DNA of 64,000 nt from Bacillota bacterium (GCA_017417045.1 JAFPZZ010000004.1:3030-67029), one strand, 5' to 3'. Positions 1 through 9,746 are shown, counted from the stretch's first letter. Translations and numbers: made by a program. Notes: a model not told the origin generated them from the sequence alone.

Positions 1-61
1 TGCAATAATATATTACGAAGGAACGAGAATAAGTATCTAAAGCATACTTAGCAATGTTTAA

Positions 62-1795
62 TACAATAATACGAGGCCGCTTTATGCGTGGGCGAACTAT
101 GCAGACGATGAGCTGAACCGCGTCGGCGGAGTCGAGAAGGTTATCAGCCAGGCGCAGGACGATACCGATATGATGAAGCTCTACCTGATGGACCAGGGCA
201 TGGATGTCCCCTCGCCCATAACGGAAGAGAACGTCAAGCGCATGGACGAAGGAACCATAAGGTTCTATGACCACTTTATAAACGCGCTGGGAGAGGACAC
301 GTTTAAGGAGCTCGCTGCGCAGGAAGGCAAATCCATTCCGCAGGTCCGCAGGGAATGGTGGGCTGCTCATGGCGAGGCATTTGAAAATGCATATCGCGAG
401 TATATGTCTGACCTGGGCTTCACCGATGAGGAGATGGAAAACGTCCTGAACAATGAGACCGTCGCCTCTCAGACGAGGAAAGCCCTGGAGATGCGGAACT
501 ACATTCTGCATGGCCCTGAAACGCGTACTGTAACAGAAAACATCTCCGCAACAAAGGATGCTATAAAAGCCGCGGTAGATAAAGAAGCTTACAGTAAATG
601 GCTGCACGGCCTGTTCGACGGACTCGAAAAGAGCACCGGCATTTACAATGGCAGGGATAGATTTACCGCGAGCGGAGACAGAAGAAGCTTCAGCGCGACG
701 CATGATCCTGTAACGCTTGAGAATATAGCGAAGATCATGTCAAAGCAGAACGAGGGCAATTCGAGGAACGTTGACGGATTCTACGGTATTAAGAGCCTGC
801 GCGCTGGCATGGCAGAACGTTTCAGCAGCATAGAACGCATGCACGAGCTGGAAGGCAGGCTGCAGCACCTCACCGAGGAAGAGGCACAGCAGATAAGCGA
901 TGCGCTTTCAAATCGCATGACCGATCTCTTCCAGAAGATATATGACAGCAAGACTCACAGTCCGTATGACAACAGCTTTATCGAGATGGACGCCATCGGA
1001 GATATGGTGATGGAAGCTACCGAGACCAGGCCGATCACCATAGACGCCATTGTAAAGGCTTTTAAGGGCAGCGGGTACAAGGTCGGGAATGAGCTTGCAG
1101 CGCAGCTGAGAGACCTCCTGTTCGACGTGTCTCAGATGCCAGTCAACATCTTTGAGGCGAAACCTGAAAGAGCGGTTCGCTTTAATGAGGTCCTTGCTGC
1201 CATAGTGCCGGAAGGGACTGATAGCTCACTCATTGAGTCACTCAAGAATAGCGGCGTTGAGAATGTAATGGAGTACGCAAAGGGTGACGATGCAGACCGC
1301 CTTGCAAAGGTAAACTCTGTAGAAGAGGCCAGGTTCTCGATAAAAGACGACAAACAGCTGCAAAACCGCATTAAGCCTGATATGGACGAACAGGACCGCT
1401 ACGACATTCTTAAAGACAGAACGTATAAGGTCATTGCAAGGCCATCGTCAAAGTACCAGGATGTGCTCACGGACGCAGAGAAAAACGTGATTGCAAGCGG
1501 CTCGATGAAAAATAGCAAGGCTCCGTTAAAGAGGCTCGCGCGAAATATTGGCGCGCTGAAAGAGTATCATCACGAAGGTACAGACCTATATTTCAACTTT
1601 TCGTCGAACAACTTTGACGAGAGTGTATTTCAGCAGTCATCTGTAAAGATCAGCGAAAGATATGTACTGTTTGGGAAAATGCTTACATGCCTTGATGACA
1701 TCGTTGATACAGCCGAGCTTATAGAATCGCATACGCCGTCAAAGGACATAGAAGATAAAGATTTGAATTATGTTCACACCTTTATTTCGGCATAA
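62..1795 (+). pseudogene. 5'-truncated C-terminal fragment (~577 codons) of a very large conjugative-element/phage-type polyvalent protein; first in-frame ATG at 170
   Basis: The frame is open from 62 and already reads as protein (..RPLYAWANYADDELNRVGGVEKVISQAQDD..) upstream of the first ATG, with no RBS. Left of ~75 the sequence switches abruptly to AT-rich non-coding DNA. The family assignment (ICE polyvalent/LPD-type C-terminal modules) is recalled, not searched. Confidence 0.4.
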
Positions 1796-1971
1796 GGTGC
1801 TGAAAACCCATCAAATTCAATGGATTGCGGATTTCCTTTGGGCCAAAAGTGTAGTGAGACTGTTAATACGGCGCATGCCGTATTGAAAGAACGATTGCCA
1901 AAATCTTATGAATTAATGCCAAAAAAGCTTGATTTATCAACGTTTGTAGCAGCTTGAAGAGGAAAAGGAAA

Positions 1972-2244
1972 ATGATCAAAAAAAGTAAGCTGAAAGTCTA
2001 TTATTCTCATGGAAAGAGCTATGAGCCTATGCCGGCTATTATTCTTAAGGGAAAGTGGTTACAAAGATTTGGCTTTGAAACAGGTACACTGATCTCAGTT
2101 TCTTGTGAAGAAGATAGGTTGTTGATAGAGCCTCGTGAGCCGGATTCAGAACCAAAGGATGAGGAGATAGAGGCATTTCTCTCATCGCTATCGAAAAAAC
2201 GGCTCAGGGTCTTAGAAAGATCCGTTCAATATCATCGCGGATGA
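1972..2244 (+). CDS. SymE-like / AbrB-SpoVT-fold small protein (type I toxin SymE family-like)
   Basis: ATG at 1972 follows the purine-rich GAAGAGGAAAAGGAAA. The core PMPAIILKGKWLQRFGFETGTLISVSCEEDRLLI fits the SymE/AbrB swapped-hairpin pattern. It sits in a low-GC patch (1796-2481). Confidence 0.5.
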   Translation: MIKKSKLKVYYSHGKSYEPMPAIILKGKWLQRFGFETGTLISVSCEEDRLLIEPREPDSEPKDEEIEAFLSSLSKKRLRVLERSVQYHRG

Positions 2245-2271
2245 TAAATATACCGTTACGAAAGGGAAGAT

Positions 2272-2481
2272 ATGAAAGTCTCAGAGAATAACACGGACAA
2301 ATTGATGCGAATTGCACAGGTATTGAGGGTCACTGGAGAAGTAAGTGAATCAGATGTAAATCTGATAGTACCTATTGCAGAGGTCGCCAAGTGGATGTCG
2401 GAGTTAATACTCGACATTATTGAGGAGTCTGAAGATGAAGAGCTTAGAGATAAACAATTGATACAGTCAACAACCGGCTAA
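2272..2481 (+). CDS. small acidic hypothetical protein (69 aa)
   Basis: ORF with GGGAAG 5 nt upstream of the ATG and an acidic C-terminal half (IIEESEDEELRD). Same low-GC patch as the SymE-like gene. No recognisable family. Confidence 0.3.
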   Translation: MKVSENNTDKLMRIAQVLRVTGEVSESDVNLIVPIAEVAKWMSELILDIIEESEDEELRDKQLIQSTTG

Positions 2482-2619
2482 AAGTCCCGGAGCTTGAAGG
2501 CGCTCCTCATATTCGTTTCCTTGCTGGCCCTGGGAGTCTTCACGGGCTGGCTCTCTGACAAGTTGGGTCTCATGGACAGGGCTCTTGCGCGGGCGGACGC
2601 CTTACGCAGGGCATGATCG

Positions 2620-4440
2620 TCATTTAAGGCACATTTCCCGCATCTTTTGCAGCATTTCGACCGTATCTCTGCGGTCCTTCGCGTACTTTTCGTGCAGCGA
2701 CGCAAGGTAGCCCGAGACCGAATCGGTGAGGATGGGGTTCAGGAACACGAAGGCGGCGAAGGGCATCTGGCGGCGCAGGACCGCGACGGCGTCCTTCATG
2801 GTCGTGATCTGTATGTCTTTAAATGGTGTTTTGCTCATGAGAGCGAGGTGAAAGTTCTTTTCTTCTTTCACCAGCCTGATGATCTCGGCGATGATCTCCC
2901 CGTATTCTTCGGGGCCGCAGGCGGCGGATATATCCGTGAGGTCCTGCGAGAAGTCTATCGTCATGTCGGGCCCGCGGTCTTCGGGGCCGGCGCACAGTAT
3001 CATGTTGACGCCTCTTTCCTTCAGATCTTCGCAAAAACGCCTGCGGAGCCTGCGGTGGGCGGCAAACGCTCTCTTCTTTTGCTCTTTGCTCAGACCGCTG
3101 CGCGAGAGCACGCGCCCGAGCAGGTCTTCGGGTACCACTGCGGGGGGAAGAGAGCTGAGCAGAAAGCTCCTGTCCCCGGGCTTTGAGGAGACGAGGCCGC
3201 GGTATTCCGCGGCAGTTTCGGGGGTAAAGGTCTTAAGAAAGGGCGAAGCCTCCGAAAGCATCGCCTCGAATCCGTGCTTTAAAGTTTCGAGCTCCTCCGG
3301 CTCCGTGAGATAATCATAGCGGCGGTCCTTCTCCCCGGCGGGGAAGAACCCGCTTATGCAGGCCCTGCCCTCGTGCAGGAAGAGGGTGTGCGAAAAGCGG
3401 GCGTGTCCCGCGCTCGTGAACACGTAGGGCTCTATCTTTCCCAAGATATACAGAGGGAACCAGCCTTTGACCGCGTCTATCATCTCTTCCGCCTGGCGAT
3501 CCACATTGTGTATGATCTTTATCCTTACGTCGCCTTGGACGCATCTCGTCATCAGCGAGGCCCAGAGGGCGAAGAAGTCCCGGTTTTCGGTCATCCAGTC
3601 CATGGGCTCGTCCGAGTAGAGCCGCAGCTCACCGCCTTCTTCCGCGGCGTCCGAGAGAAAACGGACCACGGCGTTCCTCAGGCCCTCCGCTCCCCGGTAG
3701 CGAGAGGCCTTTTCTATCGCGGGTAGAGCGGGAGCGGCGGGCGGAAGCTCTCTTTTCGGGCTGAAGGAATCCAGCGAACCCAGCAGCTTCTTCGCTATCT
3801 GGGGCCTGTCGTCCCCTTCGACGTCATAGAGCCAGTTCGAGAGAAAGCCCGCGTCCAGCTCGGCCGCGGATATGCCGCACAGAGCTGCGAGCTCTGCGGT
3901 CTTTTCGTTTCTTTCCGCGCGGCTCCTCAAAACCTCCGCCAGCTTTTCGGACAGCCTTTCGTTTCCGTGGGGAGAATAAATGCCCCTGCGGTAGCGGCTG
4001 ATCAGGGACACGTCGATATTGAGGAGGGCCGCCAGCTGGGCGTTGGAAAGGTCCAGCAGCTGCATGGCCCTGTCCAGCTTCTCCCCGAAGTTCTTTCTGC
4101 GTATCATCAGCGCCTGCCTGGTCCGCGGCTGCGAAGGCTGCCCGGGGAGGGCGATCTCCTCCGTGCCGTATAGCCAGGCCTTTATCGCCGGTATGAGTTC
4201 TTCCCTTGATTCGCCGGGGGCCCCGCAGAGCTCACGCAGCAGCGGGAGCATGTTCTCGTAGTCCGCGTAGCCGTAGACCCCTTCGGCGAAGACCGCGATG
4301 CTGCGGCTGCCGGGCTTGGGGACCCTGTTCCCCGTCTTGAGTCTTGAGATATTGCCGCATGAACAGCCCGCGAAGCGGGCGATGCCGGTATTCGTGCACT
4401 TGAGCAGCGAATAGAGCACTGTTATCCTTTCCGAAAGCAT
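2620..4440 (-). CDS. transcriptional regulator with two XRE-type HTH modules and a large uncharacterised C-terminal domain
   Basis: GGGAGGA lies 7 nt upstream of the ATG at 4440. Two HTH-like segments (NTGIARFAGCSCGNISRLKTG; LSNAQLAALLNIDVSLISRYRRG) are followed by ~400 aa with no motif I recognise. Divergent from the SLH gene. Confidence 0.7.
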   Translation of the reverse strand: MLSERITVLYSLLKCTNTGIARFAGCSCGNISRLKTGNRVPKPGSRSIAVFAEGVYGYADYENMLPLLRELCGAPGESREELIPAIKAWLYGTEEIALPGQPSQPRTRQALMIRRKNFGEKLDRAMQLLDLSNAQLAALLNIDVSLISRYRRGIYSPHGNERLSEKLAEVLRSRAERNEKTAELAALCGISAAELDAGFLSNWLYDVEGDDRPQIAKKLLGSLDSFSPKRELPPAAPALPAIEKASRYRGAEGLRNAVVRFLSDAAEEGGELRLYSDEPMDWMTENRDFFALWASLMTRCVQGDVRIKIIHNVDRQAEEMIDAVKGWFPLYILGKIEPYVFTSAGHARFSHTLFLHEGRACISGFFPAGEKDRRYDYLTEPEELETLKHGFEAMLSEASPFLKTFTPETAAEYRGLVSSKPGDRSFLLSSLPPAVVPEDLLGRVLSRSGLSKEQKKRAFAAHRRLRRRFCEDLKERGVNMILCAGPEDRGPDMTIDFSQDLTDISAACGPEEYGEIIAEIIRLVKEEKNFHLALMSKTPFKDIQITTMKDAVAVLRRQMPFAAFVFLNPILTDSVSGYLASLHEKYAKDRRDTVEMLQKMREMCLK

Positions 4441-4470
4441 GGCGTCGTCCTCCCGGAACCAATATATCAA

Positions 4471-4507
4471 ATGGATAAGTTTTTTGCAATGAAAGATAGT
4501 TATCCAT
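4471..4507. promoter_or_regulatory. inverted repeat ATGGATAA-N21-TTATCCAT in the divergent intergenic region (candidate operator)
   Basis: Perfect 8-bp arms read directly from the sequence. It abuts the -35 of the predicted SLH-gene promoter and lies 31 nt from the regulator start codon. Confidence 0.35.
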
Positions 4508-4509
4508 TG

Positions 4510-4538
4510 TTGAGAGCCGGCGTCTGTACTGGTATAAT
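4510..4538 (+). promoter_or_regulatory. sigma-70-type promoter TTGAGA-17 nt-TATAAT for the SLH surface protein gene
   Basis: TTGAGA at 4510-4515, a 17-nt spacer, and a perfect TATAAT at 4533-4538, ~115 nt upstream of the ATG at 4655. Confidence 0.5.
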
Positions 4539-4590
4539 TTTTAATAGTTATAGTTTTTATTCACCGAAATGGAATAAAACGGGATGGATC

Positions 4591-4641
4591 GCCGCCGTTC
4601 GGGACCGAAAAGCTCGGCGGAACGGTCGCTATTTCTTTTTT
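4591..4641 (+). terminator. leader hairpin plus U-tract (possible attenuator) just upstream of the SLH gene RBS
   Basis: GCCGCCGTTC (4591-4600) pairs with GAACGGTCGC (4620-4629) with 1 wobble and 1 mismatch. It is followed by TATTTCTTTTTT, then the RBS GGGAGG. Confidence 0.4.
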
Positions 4642-4654
4642 GGGAGGTTTTTGC

Positions 4655-7600
4655 ATGAGAAAGAACAGACTCCTTTCCGTCCTGCTCTCACTGGTCCTGG
4701 TGCTGTCCATGCTGCCGATGACGGTCAGCGCGGCTGCTCCTGAGGCGGGCGGGACACCGGCCGCGGCTGTTGGCGCCGTGACCCTCTATGCCGATTACGG
4801 CAGCGGCTTTGAATTCCTTTCAGAGCTTTATTTCACCAAGAATGTGACGGAACAGACCGTCGAAGTAAACGCGCCGATCAAGGCTCTGCGCGTCGTCAAG
4901 GGCGAGTGCCTGGAGCTCGACCTCGACTGCCTGACCTTAAACGGCAAGGCGCCCGAGGGCTTTGAGCGCAAGCTCTCCGCCAAAGACAACGACCTCATCG
5001 AGGTCGAAGACTTCGCGGACTTCGTCCTTGAGGGCGAGGGCGAACTGCTCATAGCGGCCCGCGCGCCCAAGGCGCTCAAGGGAGAAGAGTATTCCTTCAA
5101 ATTCCCTTCGCTGGAAGGCCTTGAGGCCGTTCCCTCCGGCGAGTATTACGCTTACGTACCGGGCTCCAGATCCGGCAGCTTCTCTGATGGCGAACTCGTC
5201 GTTCCGGGCGAGTCCTATCTCTTCGTGAGCGAGATGTGCCATCCGGATTCCGGCCATCCCGACGCTCCCATGGACATCTACCTGGCTGACGACGGCGAGA
5301 CCCTCTATGTCTTCTTCGAAGCCTTCCTGGACAACACCTTCGATCACGGCAAGGACTTTGCCGCCGTCCACGTAAAAGGCGCGAAGGACGAAAAGATCTA
5401 TAAGGTCCATACCACCGAAGAGAACGAGAACGGCTGCTGGTGGTTCGAGTACACCGATTCCTCGGATGTTTACGACTGGCAGCATATGTGCTATGTCGTC
5501 GAGCTCCCCATGGTGGAACTTGAGACCGAAGACGGAACCCTGGCCCTGTCCTTCGAGTACTACGGTACCTCTTACGGCGGGGCGGAGCTGCAGAAACTTG
5601 GAATAGGGGAAGACTTCTTCGTTTCCCAGAGTTACATGGATCTGCAGAATGAATACGAGCAGAGCTACGGATACGAAAACAGATACAAGGACTGCCCGAT
5701 ACTTCCCGCGGTCGGAGAGACCGTGAATTCCGAAGGCGGAAACACGGCCGAAGGAGCATGGTGGCTCACGGCCTATGAGTCCGAAAGCGAAGAGTTCACT
5801 TTAGGCGGTGAGGAGAGCGGGCCGCAATACATCCTTACCCTTAACGGGGCTGTGATCGACAAGAAGAACGAGCTCTCGGACGCTCCTCTTCATATCTACG
5901 GGAATCTGATAATAGAACTGGCAGAGGGAACGGAAAATACCTTAAGCTGGAATGATGTCGACAGTCCCGAGCACAGCCTGCAGTATGAGGGACAGGAACT
6001 CATCATCAAGGGCGCCGGAACGCTCAATGTGACCGGGAGCACCAGATCCTCTGCCTTTGCCGGATGGGGCCAGTTTATCGGTATCGTGGACGGCGCTCAG
6101 GTAAATGTATCGCAGGAAGCGACCGCATACGGCAGCAGCTACACGGAAAACTATTATGCGATGTCGGCAAACTACCTCGTCGTTGACGGAGCATCTCTCA
6201 GTTCGAGAACTGATATCACGGCACCCTCCGGCACGGATACTCCTATAAGAGTCATAGGCATCTCATGCTATGACGAGCTGACGGTAGGTGACAGCGCGGT
6301 GATCGAGGTCTATGCTTCGGGCGCGGCCAACGGGGAACAGAACATCGGTTTGTCGGCAGATGATTATTATATCGAAGGCATCCTGCTCAGCCAGAAGGAA
6401 GGCGATGGGCCCGATACCGCGGAGGAGACAGAAGATCTGAGGAATACCTATTCCGGGACATACGGCTACGCGTTCTGGTCGATGCCCTACGTCAGGATAG
6501 AGACTCTCAAGACCTATCCCCTCTGGGTCGCCGATACCCAGGTCACTATCCTCAACGCGGAAGACCTGTCCGGCATCGAAGGCGTGGAGGGCGAGGCCAG
6601 CTACGATCCCGAGACCAATACCCTCTGTCTTGAGAACGCGTCGATAAGCACGCCCAGACGCAACACATCCGGCATCAGCGGCTCATATGATTCCATGGGC
6701 GTGATATATGCGGGCAACGACGACTTTACCATCTCCGTCAGCGGAGAGTGCTCGATCGGCATATCGGATGAGGTGGAGTCGGTAAGATCGATCGGATTCC
6801 TTATAGGAAACAAAACGGTATTGAGCGACGGTATCGGCCAAGAGACCGAAAAATCGGATTTCGATGTGAACATAGAGCTTGCCGAAGGTGCGGTCCTGAC
6901 GATAAAAGGCGGCGACGTCACCAACTACGGCGACATCAGCGCGATGGAGACCGTCGGTCTGCGCAGCAACAGCGTGGGCCTCATGACGGTGAGCGGCGCC
7001 GGTACCCTGGATCTCAGCGGCGGCGCGGGCGGCGAGCAGAGCATGGCGGTGATGGCTTACGGCGATCTTACCGTAGAAGAGGGCGTCACTATGAACTGCA
7101 CTGCCCTTGACGGCAGCAGCTCTATCGCTCTGGGCGTCCAGGGCGATCTGACCATAGACGGCGCGGTCGTAAAGGCTGAAGCGTGCACAGGCCAATTCAG
7201 CGCCGCCGTGTACGTGATGGGCAACATCGATCTTGAAGACGGCGAGCTGAGTGCAGTTGGATCGGACGCCATATATGTCGGCTGCGGAATAGGCCTCGGC
7301 GGCATGCTGACCGTGAACGGCGGCAAGCTTACCGCGGAGACAGGAAAGCTTATCGCCGAGGGTGAAGCCGCGGGGCACGGCAACAGCGCCGGCATCAGCA
7401 TGATGAAATTTGCGGTCAGACCGGGCGAAGAAGCGGAAGAAAGGGAGCAGGGCATAACCATCAACGGCGGTTATGTCGAGGTAAAGACCCTCGCCGATCC
7501 CGAAAGCGGCGTGGTCAGAGCCCTTGAGGCCGTTCCCGTTCTCGGCGAGGGCGTCACCGCCGCCGCCAGCGAAGACAGCGAAGGCGAAGATCTCGAGGAA

Positions 7601-8710
7601 TACGATCCCGAGAAGAACGAAGACTACAGATGGTTCCGCGTGCCCTTTGACGTCGAATTCACCGTGACCTTCGTCAATGAAGACGGAGAGGTACTGTATA
7701 CCGTCGAGGTCCCCTACGGCGAGATGCCCGTATACGAGGGCGAAGAACCCACCAAGGACGAAGACGACGACTACACCTACGAGTTCACCGGCTGGGATCC
7801 CGAGCTCGCCGAAGCGACCGAAGACGCGACCTATACCGCCGTCTTCGAAGCCACGGAGAAAGAACCCGAGGAGATCGAAGAGCCTGCCGCCCTCTACACC
7901 ATCAAGGTGAGCGGCGGAACAGCCGACAAGGACGAAGCCGAAGAGGGCGAGACGGTGACTATCACCGCGGACAGCAAGAGCGGTTATACCTTCAAGCAGT
8001 GGAAGGTGGCGACCGGCGGAGCGCTTGATCTCAACGAGACGGCGAAGAAGACCAGCTTCACGATGCCGGCGCATGACGTCGAGCTCGAGGCCGAGTTCAA
8101 GAAGAAGAGCTCATCCAGCGGCGGCGGCGAGGGCGTAAGCTCCGAGCCGGCGGCGAAGCCGCGTCATCCCTTCGTAGACGTGGCAAAGACAGCATGGTAC
8201 GATGACGCCGTACAGTGGGCCTGGGAGAACAAGGTCACCGACGGTGTGGACGATACCCACTTCGCCCCGAACAGCACCGCGACGAGAGCGCAGATGGTCA
8301 CCTTCCTGTGGAGGGTGGCCGGAAGCCCCAAGGCAGGCATCAGAGAGACTCCCTTTGAGGACATAGTCAAGGGCTCCTGGTATTATGACGCGGTCCTTTG
8401 GGCCTACGAGAAGGGCATCACCGACGGCACGAGCGAGACCCATTTCTCGCCGAGCCTGCCTGTCACCAGGTCGATGGTGGCGGCCTTCCTGTACCGCTAT
8501 GAGAAGTCTATAGGGGGCGGCTTCAAGGATCTTTGGGCTTTCGAGCTCGACTATCCCGATGTTGAGGATGTACCCGAGTACGCTTACGAGCCCTTCTGCT
8601 GGCTCGTCAAGGAGGGCGTGATCGAGGGATCCAACGGCAGGCTGATACCGCTCGAGCCCTGCCTGCGCAGCCAGATCGTGACCATGATGTACAGGTACTT
8701 CAGTCTCTAA
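4655..8710 (+). CDS. large cell-surface protein: signal peptide, ~1000-aa repetitive beta-rich region, two Listeria-Bacteroides/InlB-B-type repeats, three C-terminal SLH domains
   Basis: Signal peptide MRKNRLLSVLLSLVLVLSMLPMTVSAAAP. Flg_new-like repeats (FTVTFVNEDGEVLYTVEVPYGE..YEFTGWDP..ATYTAVF and YTIKVSGG..GYTFKQWKV). Three SLH units (FVDV..WYDDAVQWAWENKVTDG..THFAPNSTATRAQMVTFLWR, FEDI..WYYDAVLWAYEKGITDG.., YPDV..). Confidence 0.9.
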   Translation: MRKNRLLSVLLSLVLVLSMLPMTVSAAAPEAGGTPAAAVGAVTLYADYGSGFEFLSELYFTKNVTEQTVEVNAPIKALRVVKGECLELDLDCLTLNGKAPEGFERKLSAKDNDLIEVEDFADFVLEGEGELLIAARAPKALKGEEYSFKFPSLEGLEAVPSGEYYAYVPGSRSGSFSDGELVVPGESYLFVSEMCHPDSGHPDAPMDIYLADDGETLYVFFEAFLDNTFDHGKDFAAVHVKGAKDEKIYKVHTTEENENGCWWFEYTDSSDVYDWQHMCYVVELPMVELETEDGTLALSFEYYGTSYGGAELQKLGIGEDFFVSQSYMDLQNEYEQSYGYENRYKDCPILPAVGETVNSEGGNTAEGAWWLTAYESESEEFTLGGEESGPQYILTLNGAVIDKKNELSDAPLHIYGNLIIELAEGTENTLSWNDVDSPEHSLQYEGQELIIKGAGTLNVTGSTRSSAFAGWGQFIGIVDGAQVNVSQEATAYGSSYTENYYAMSANYLVVDGASLSSRTDITAPSGTDTPIRVIGISCYDELTVGDSAVIEVYASGAANGEQNIGLSADDYYIEGILLSQKEGDGPDTAEETEDLRNTYSGTYGYAFWSMPYVRIETLKTYPLWVADTQVTILNAEDLSGIEGVEGEASYDPETNTLCLENASISTPRRNTSGISGSYDSMGVIYAGNDDFTISVSGECSIGISDEVESVRSIGFLIGNKTVLSDGIGQETEKSDFDVNIELAEGAVLTIKGGDVTNYGDISAMETVGLRSNSVGLMTVSGAGTLDLSGGAGGEQSMAVMAYGDLTVEEGVTMNCTALDGSSSIALGVQGDLTIDGAVVKAEACTGQFSAAVYVMGNIDLEDGELSAVGSDAIYVGCGIGLGGMLTVNGGKLTAETGKLIAEGEAAGHGNSAGISMMKFAVRPGEEAEEREQGITINGGYVEVKTLADPESGVVRALEAVPVLGEGVTAAASEDSEGEDLEEYDPEKNEDYRWFRVPFDVEFTVTFVNEDGEVLYTVEVPYGEMPVYEGEEPTKDEDDDYTYEFTGWDPELAEATEDATYTAVFEATEKEPEEIEEPAALYTIKVSGGTADKDEAEEGETVTITADSKSGYTFKQWKVATGGALDLNETAKKTSFTMPAHDVELEAEFKKKSSSSGGGEGVSSEPAAKPRHPFVDVAKTAWYDDAVQWAWENKVTDGVDDTHFAPNSTATRAQMVTFLWRVAGSPKAGIRETPFEDIVKGSWYYDAVLWAYEKGITDGTSETHFSPSLPVTRSMVAAFLYRYEKSIGGGFKDLWAFELDYPDVEDVPEYAYEPFCWLVKEGVIEGSNGRLIPLEPCLRSQIVTMMYRYFSL

Positions 8711-8722
8711 AGGCACAGCGCA

Positions 8723-8757
8723 GCCTGCTTCGGCTGAATACCACAGCCGAGGCAGCC
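8723..8757 (+). terminator. hairpin downstream of the SLH gene
   Basis: GCCTGCTTCGGCT / AGCCGAGGCAGCC, a 13-bp stem with 1 mismatch and 1 wobble and a 9-nt loop. The downstream T-tract is only weak. Confidence 0.45.
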
Positions 8758-8848
8758 ACCTTCTTTACCCGCTTCATGAAAATGATAAAGCAGGCCTGTC
8801 GGTCTGTGATGAAGCAGGCACAGGCATGAAGACTTAAAGCCGGATAAA

Positions 8849-8887
8849 GGCACCCGGCGGACGTTCAAACGCGTCCGGCCGGGTGCC
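8849..8887. terminator. strong GC-rich hairpin, plausibly a bidirectional terminator
   Basis: GGCACCCGGCGGACG-loop-CGTCCGGCCGGGTGCC (15 bp, one bulge). T-rich sequence follows on both strands. Confidence 0.6.
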
Positions 8888-8975
8888 TGTTCATTTGCTC
8901 TTTTCGGGTATCTGTTTCATCGCGCGGGACAGCACTTTGCCAACTTTTCGCCCGACGATCGCTCTGAAAACGTTT

Positions 8976-9250
8976 TTACTTGATTATCGCCCTGAGCGCG
9001 TTCGAGCACTTCTTGTAGGCGAGGGCGGTGACGAGGGAAACTATGCAGTACTTGACCAGATTGAAGGGCAGGACCGCAAAGAGCATCATGGTCAGGTTGT
9101 CCTTGACCAAGGGGTTCACCTTGGAGCCCATGGCGACGATAGTCTCGGTGGAAAGGCCGTAGAGCTTTCCATAGAGGGGGAACATGACGAAGGCGTTCAT
9201 GAAGACGTAAAGGACGCTGGTGAAGATGGTCGCGCAGACGAGGCCCTTTA
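8976..9250 (-). pseudogene. 3' fragment (C-terminal ~90 codons) of an ECF-transporter S (substrate-capture) component
   Basis: LKGLVCATIFTSVLYVFMNAFVMFPLYGKLYG..MLFAVLPFNLVKYCIVSLVTALAYKK matches the last TM helices of ECF S components. The N-terminal half is absent: the frame closes at ~9268 and unrelated DNA follows. Confidence 0.55.
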
Positions 9251-9271
9251 GGGGGAAGCTTTTTTACATAG

Positions 9272-9309
9272 CCTGGTCACGATACGTTTTCCGTGATCAG
9301 GCTTTTTTA
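9272..9309 (+). terminator. orphan intrinsic terminator (no intact upstream gene on this strand)
   Basis: CCTGGTCACG-loop-CGTGATCAGG (10 bp, one G-T pair) followed by CTTTTTTATTT. Confidence 0.5.
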
Positions 9310-9422
9310 TTTCTGCAGACTCTGCAGAACTATCATTCGAAAAGGAGGTAAACCGATGGAAAGAGAAACGATCATAATCGATGGCGTACGGTATTATGCT
9401 GATCGTCCGAGAAGCTGCAGAG

Positions 9423-9746
9423 GTAAGAGAAATCACAGCCTATGATGAGCTGGAGCTTGATACTATCGGAGATCAGAAGACAGCACTGTTTCTGGTCATG
9501 TCTGATACAGACAGCACATTCAATTTCCTAATCTCAATGATCTATACCCAGCTGTTTAACCTGCTCTGTGAGAAAGCAGATAATGTTTACGGTGGAAGAC
9601 TTCCGGTCCATGTGAGATGCCTGATTGATGAGATGGCCAATATCGGCCAGATTCCGAATCTGGAGAAGCTTATAGCTACGATCCGAAGCAGGGAGATCAG
9701 TGCATGCCTTGTCCTACAGGCCAGATCCCAGCTTAAAGCAATCTAC
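9423..9746 (+). pseudogene. internal fragment (~108 codons) of a TraG/VirD4/TcpA-type type IV coupling protein
   Basis: DELELDTIGDQKTALFLVMSDTDSTFNFLISMIYTQLFNLLCEKADNVYGGRLPVHVRCLIDEMANIGQIPNLEKLIATIRSREISACLVLQARSQLKAIY is collinear with the Walker-B/C-terminal core of Firmicute ICE coupling proteins. Both the N- and C-terminal parts are missing. Confidence 0.7.

Noticed and set aside
1-20. AT-rich similarity (ATAATATAT) between the window start and 9997-10010 as att-like direct repeats bracketing an island.
   Set aside because: There are only ~10 bp of low-complexity AT sequence, which cannot be distinguished from chance.
4471-4743. 90-aa ORF in the regulator/SLH-gene spacer, running into the SLH gene.
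   Set aside because: It overlaps the predicted promoter, leader and the signal-peptide region of the SLH gene in another frame. It has no RBS and a low-complexity Arg-rich translation.
8883-9251. 122-aa plus-strand ORF.
   Set aside because: It is antisense to the recognisable ECF S-component fragment, starts inside a terminator hairpin, and has no motifs.
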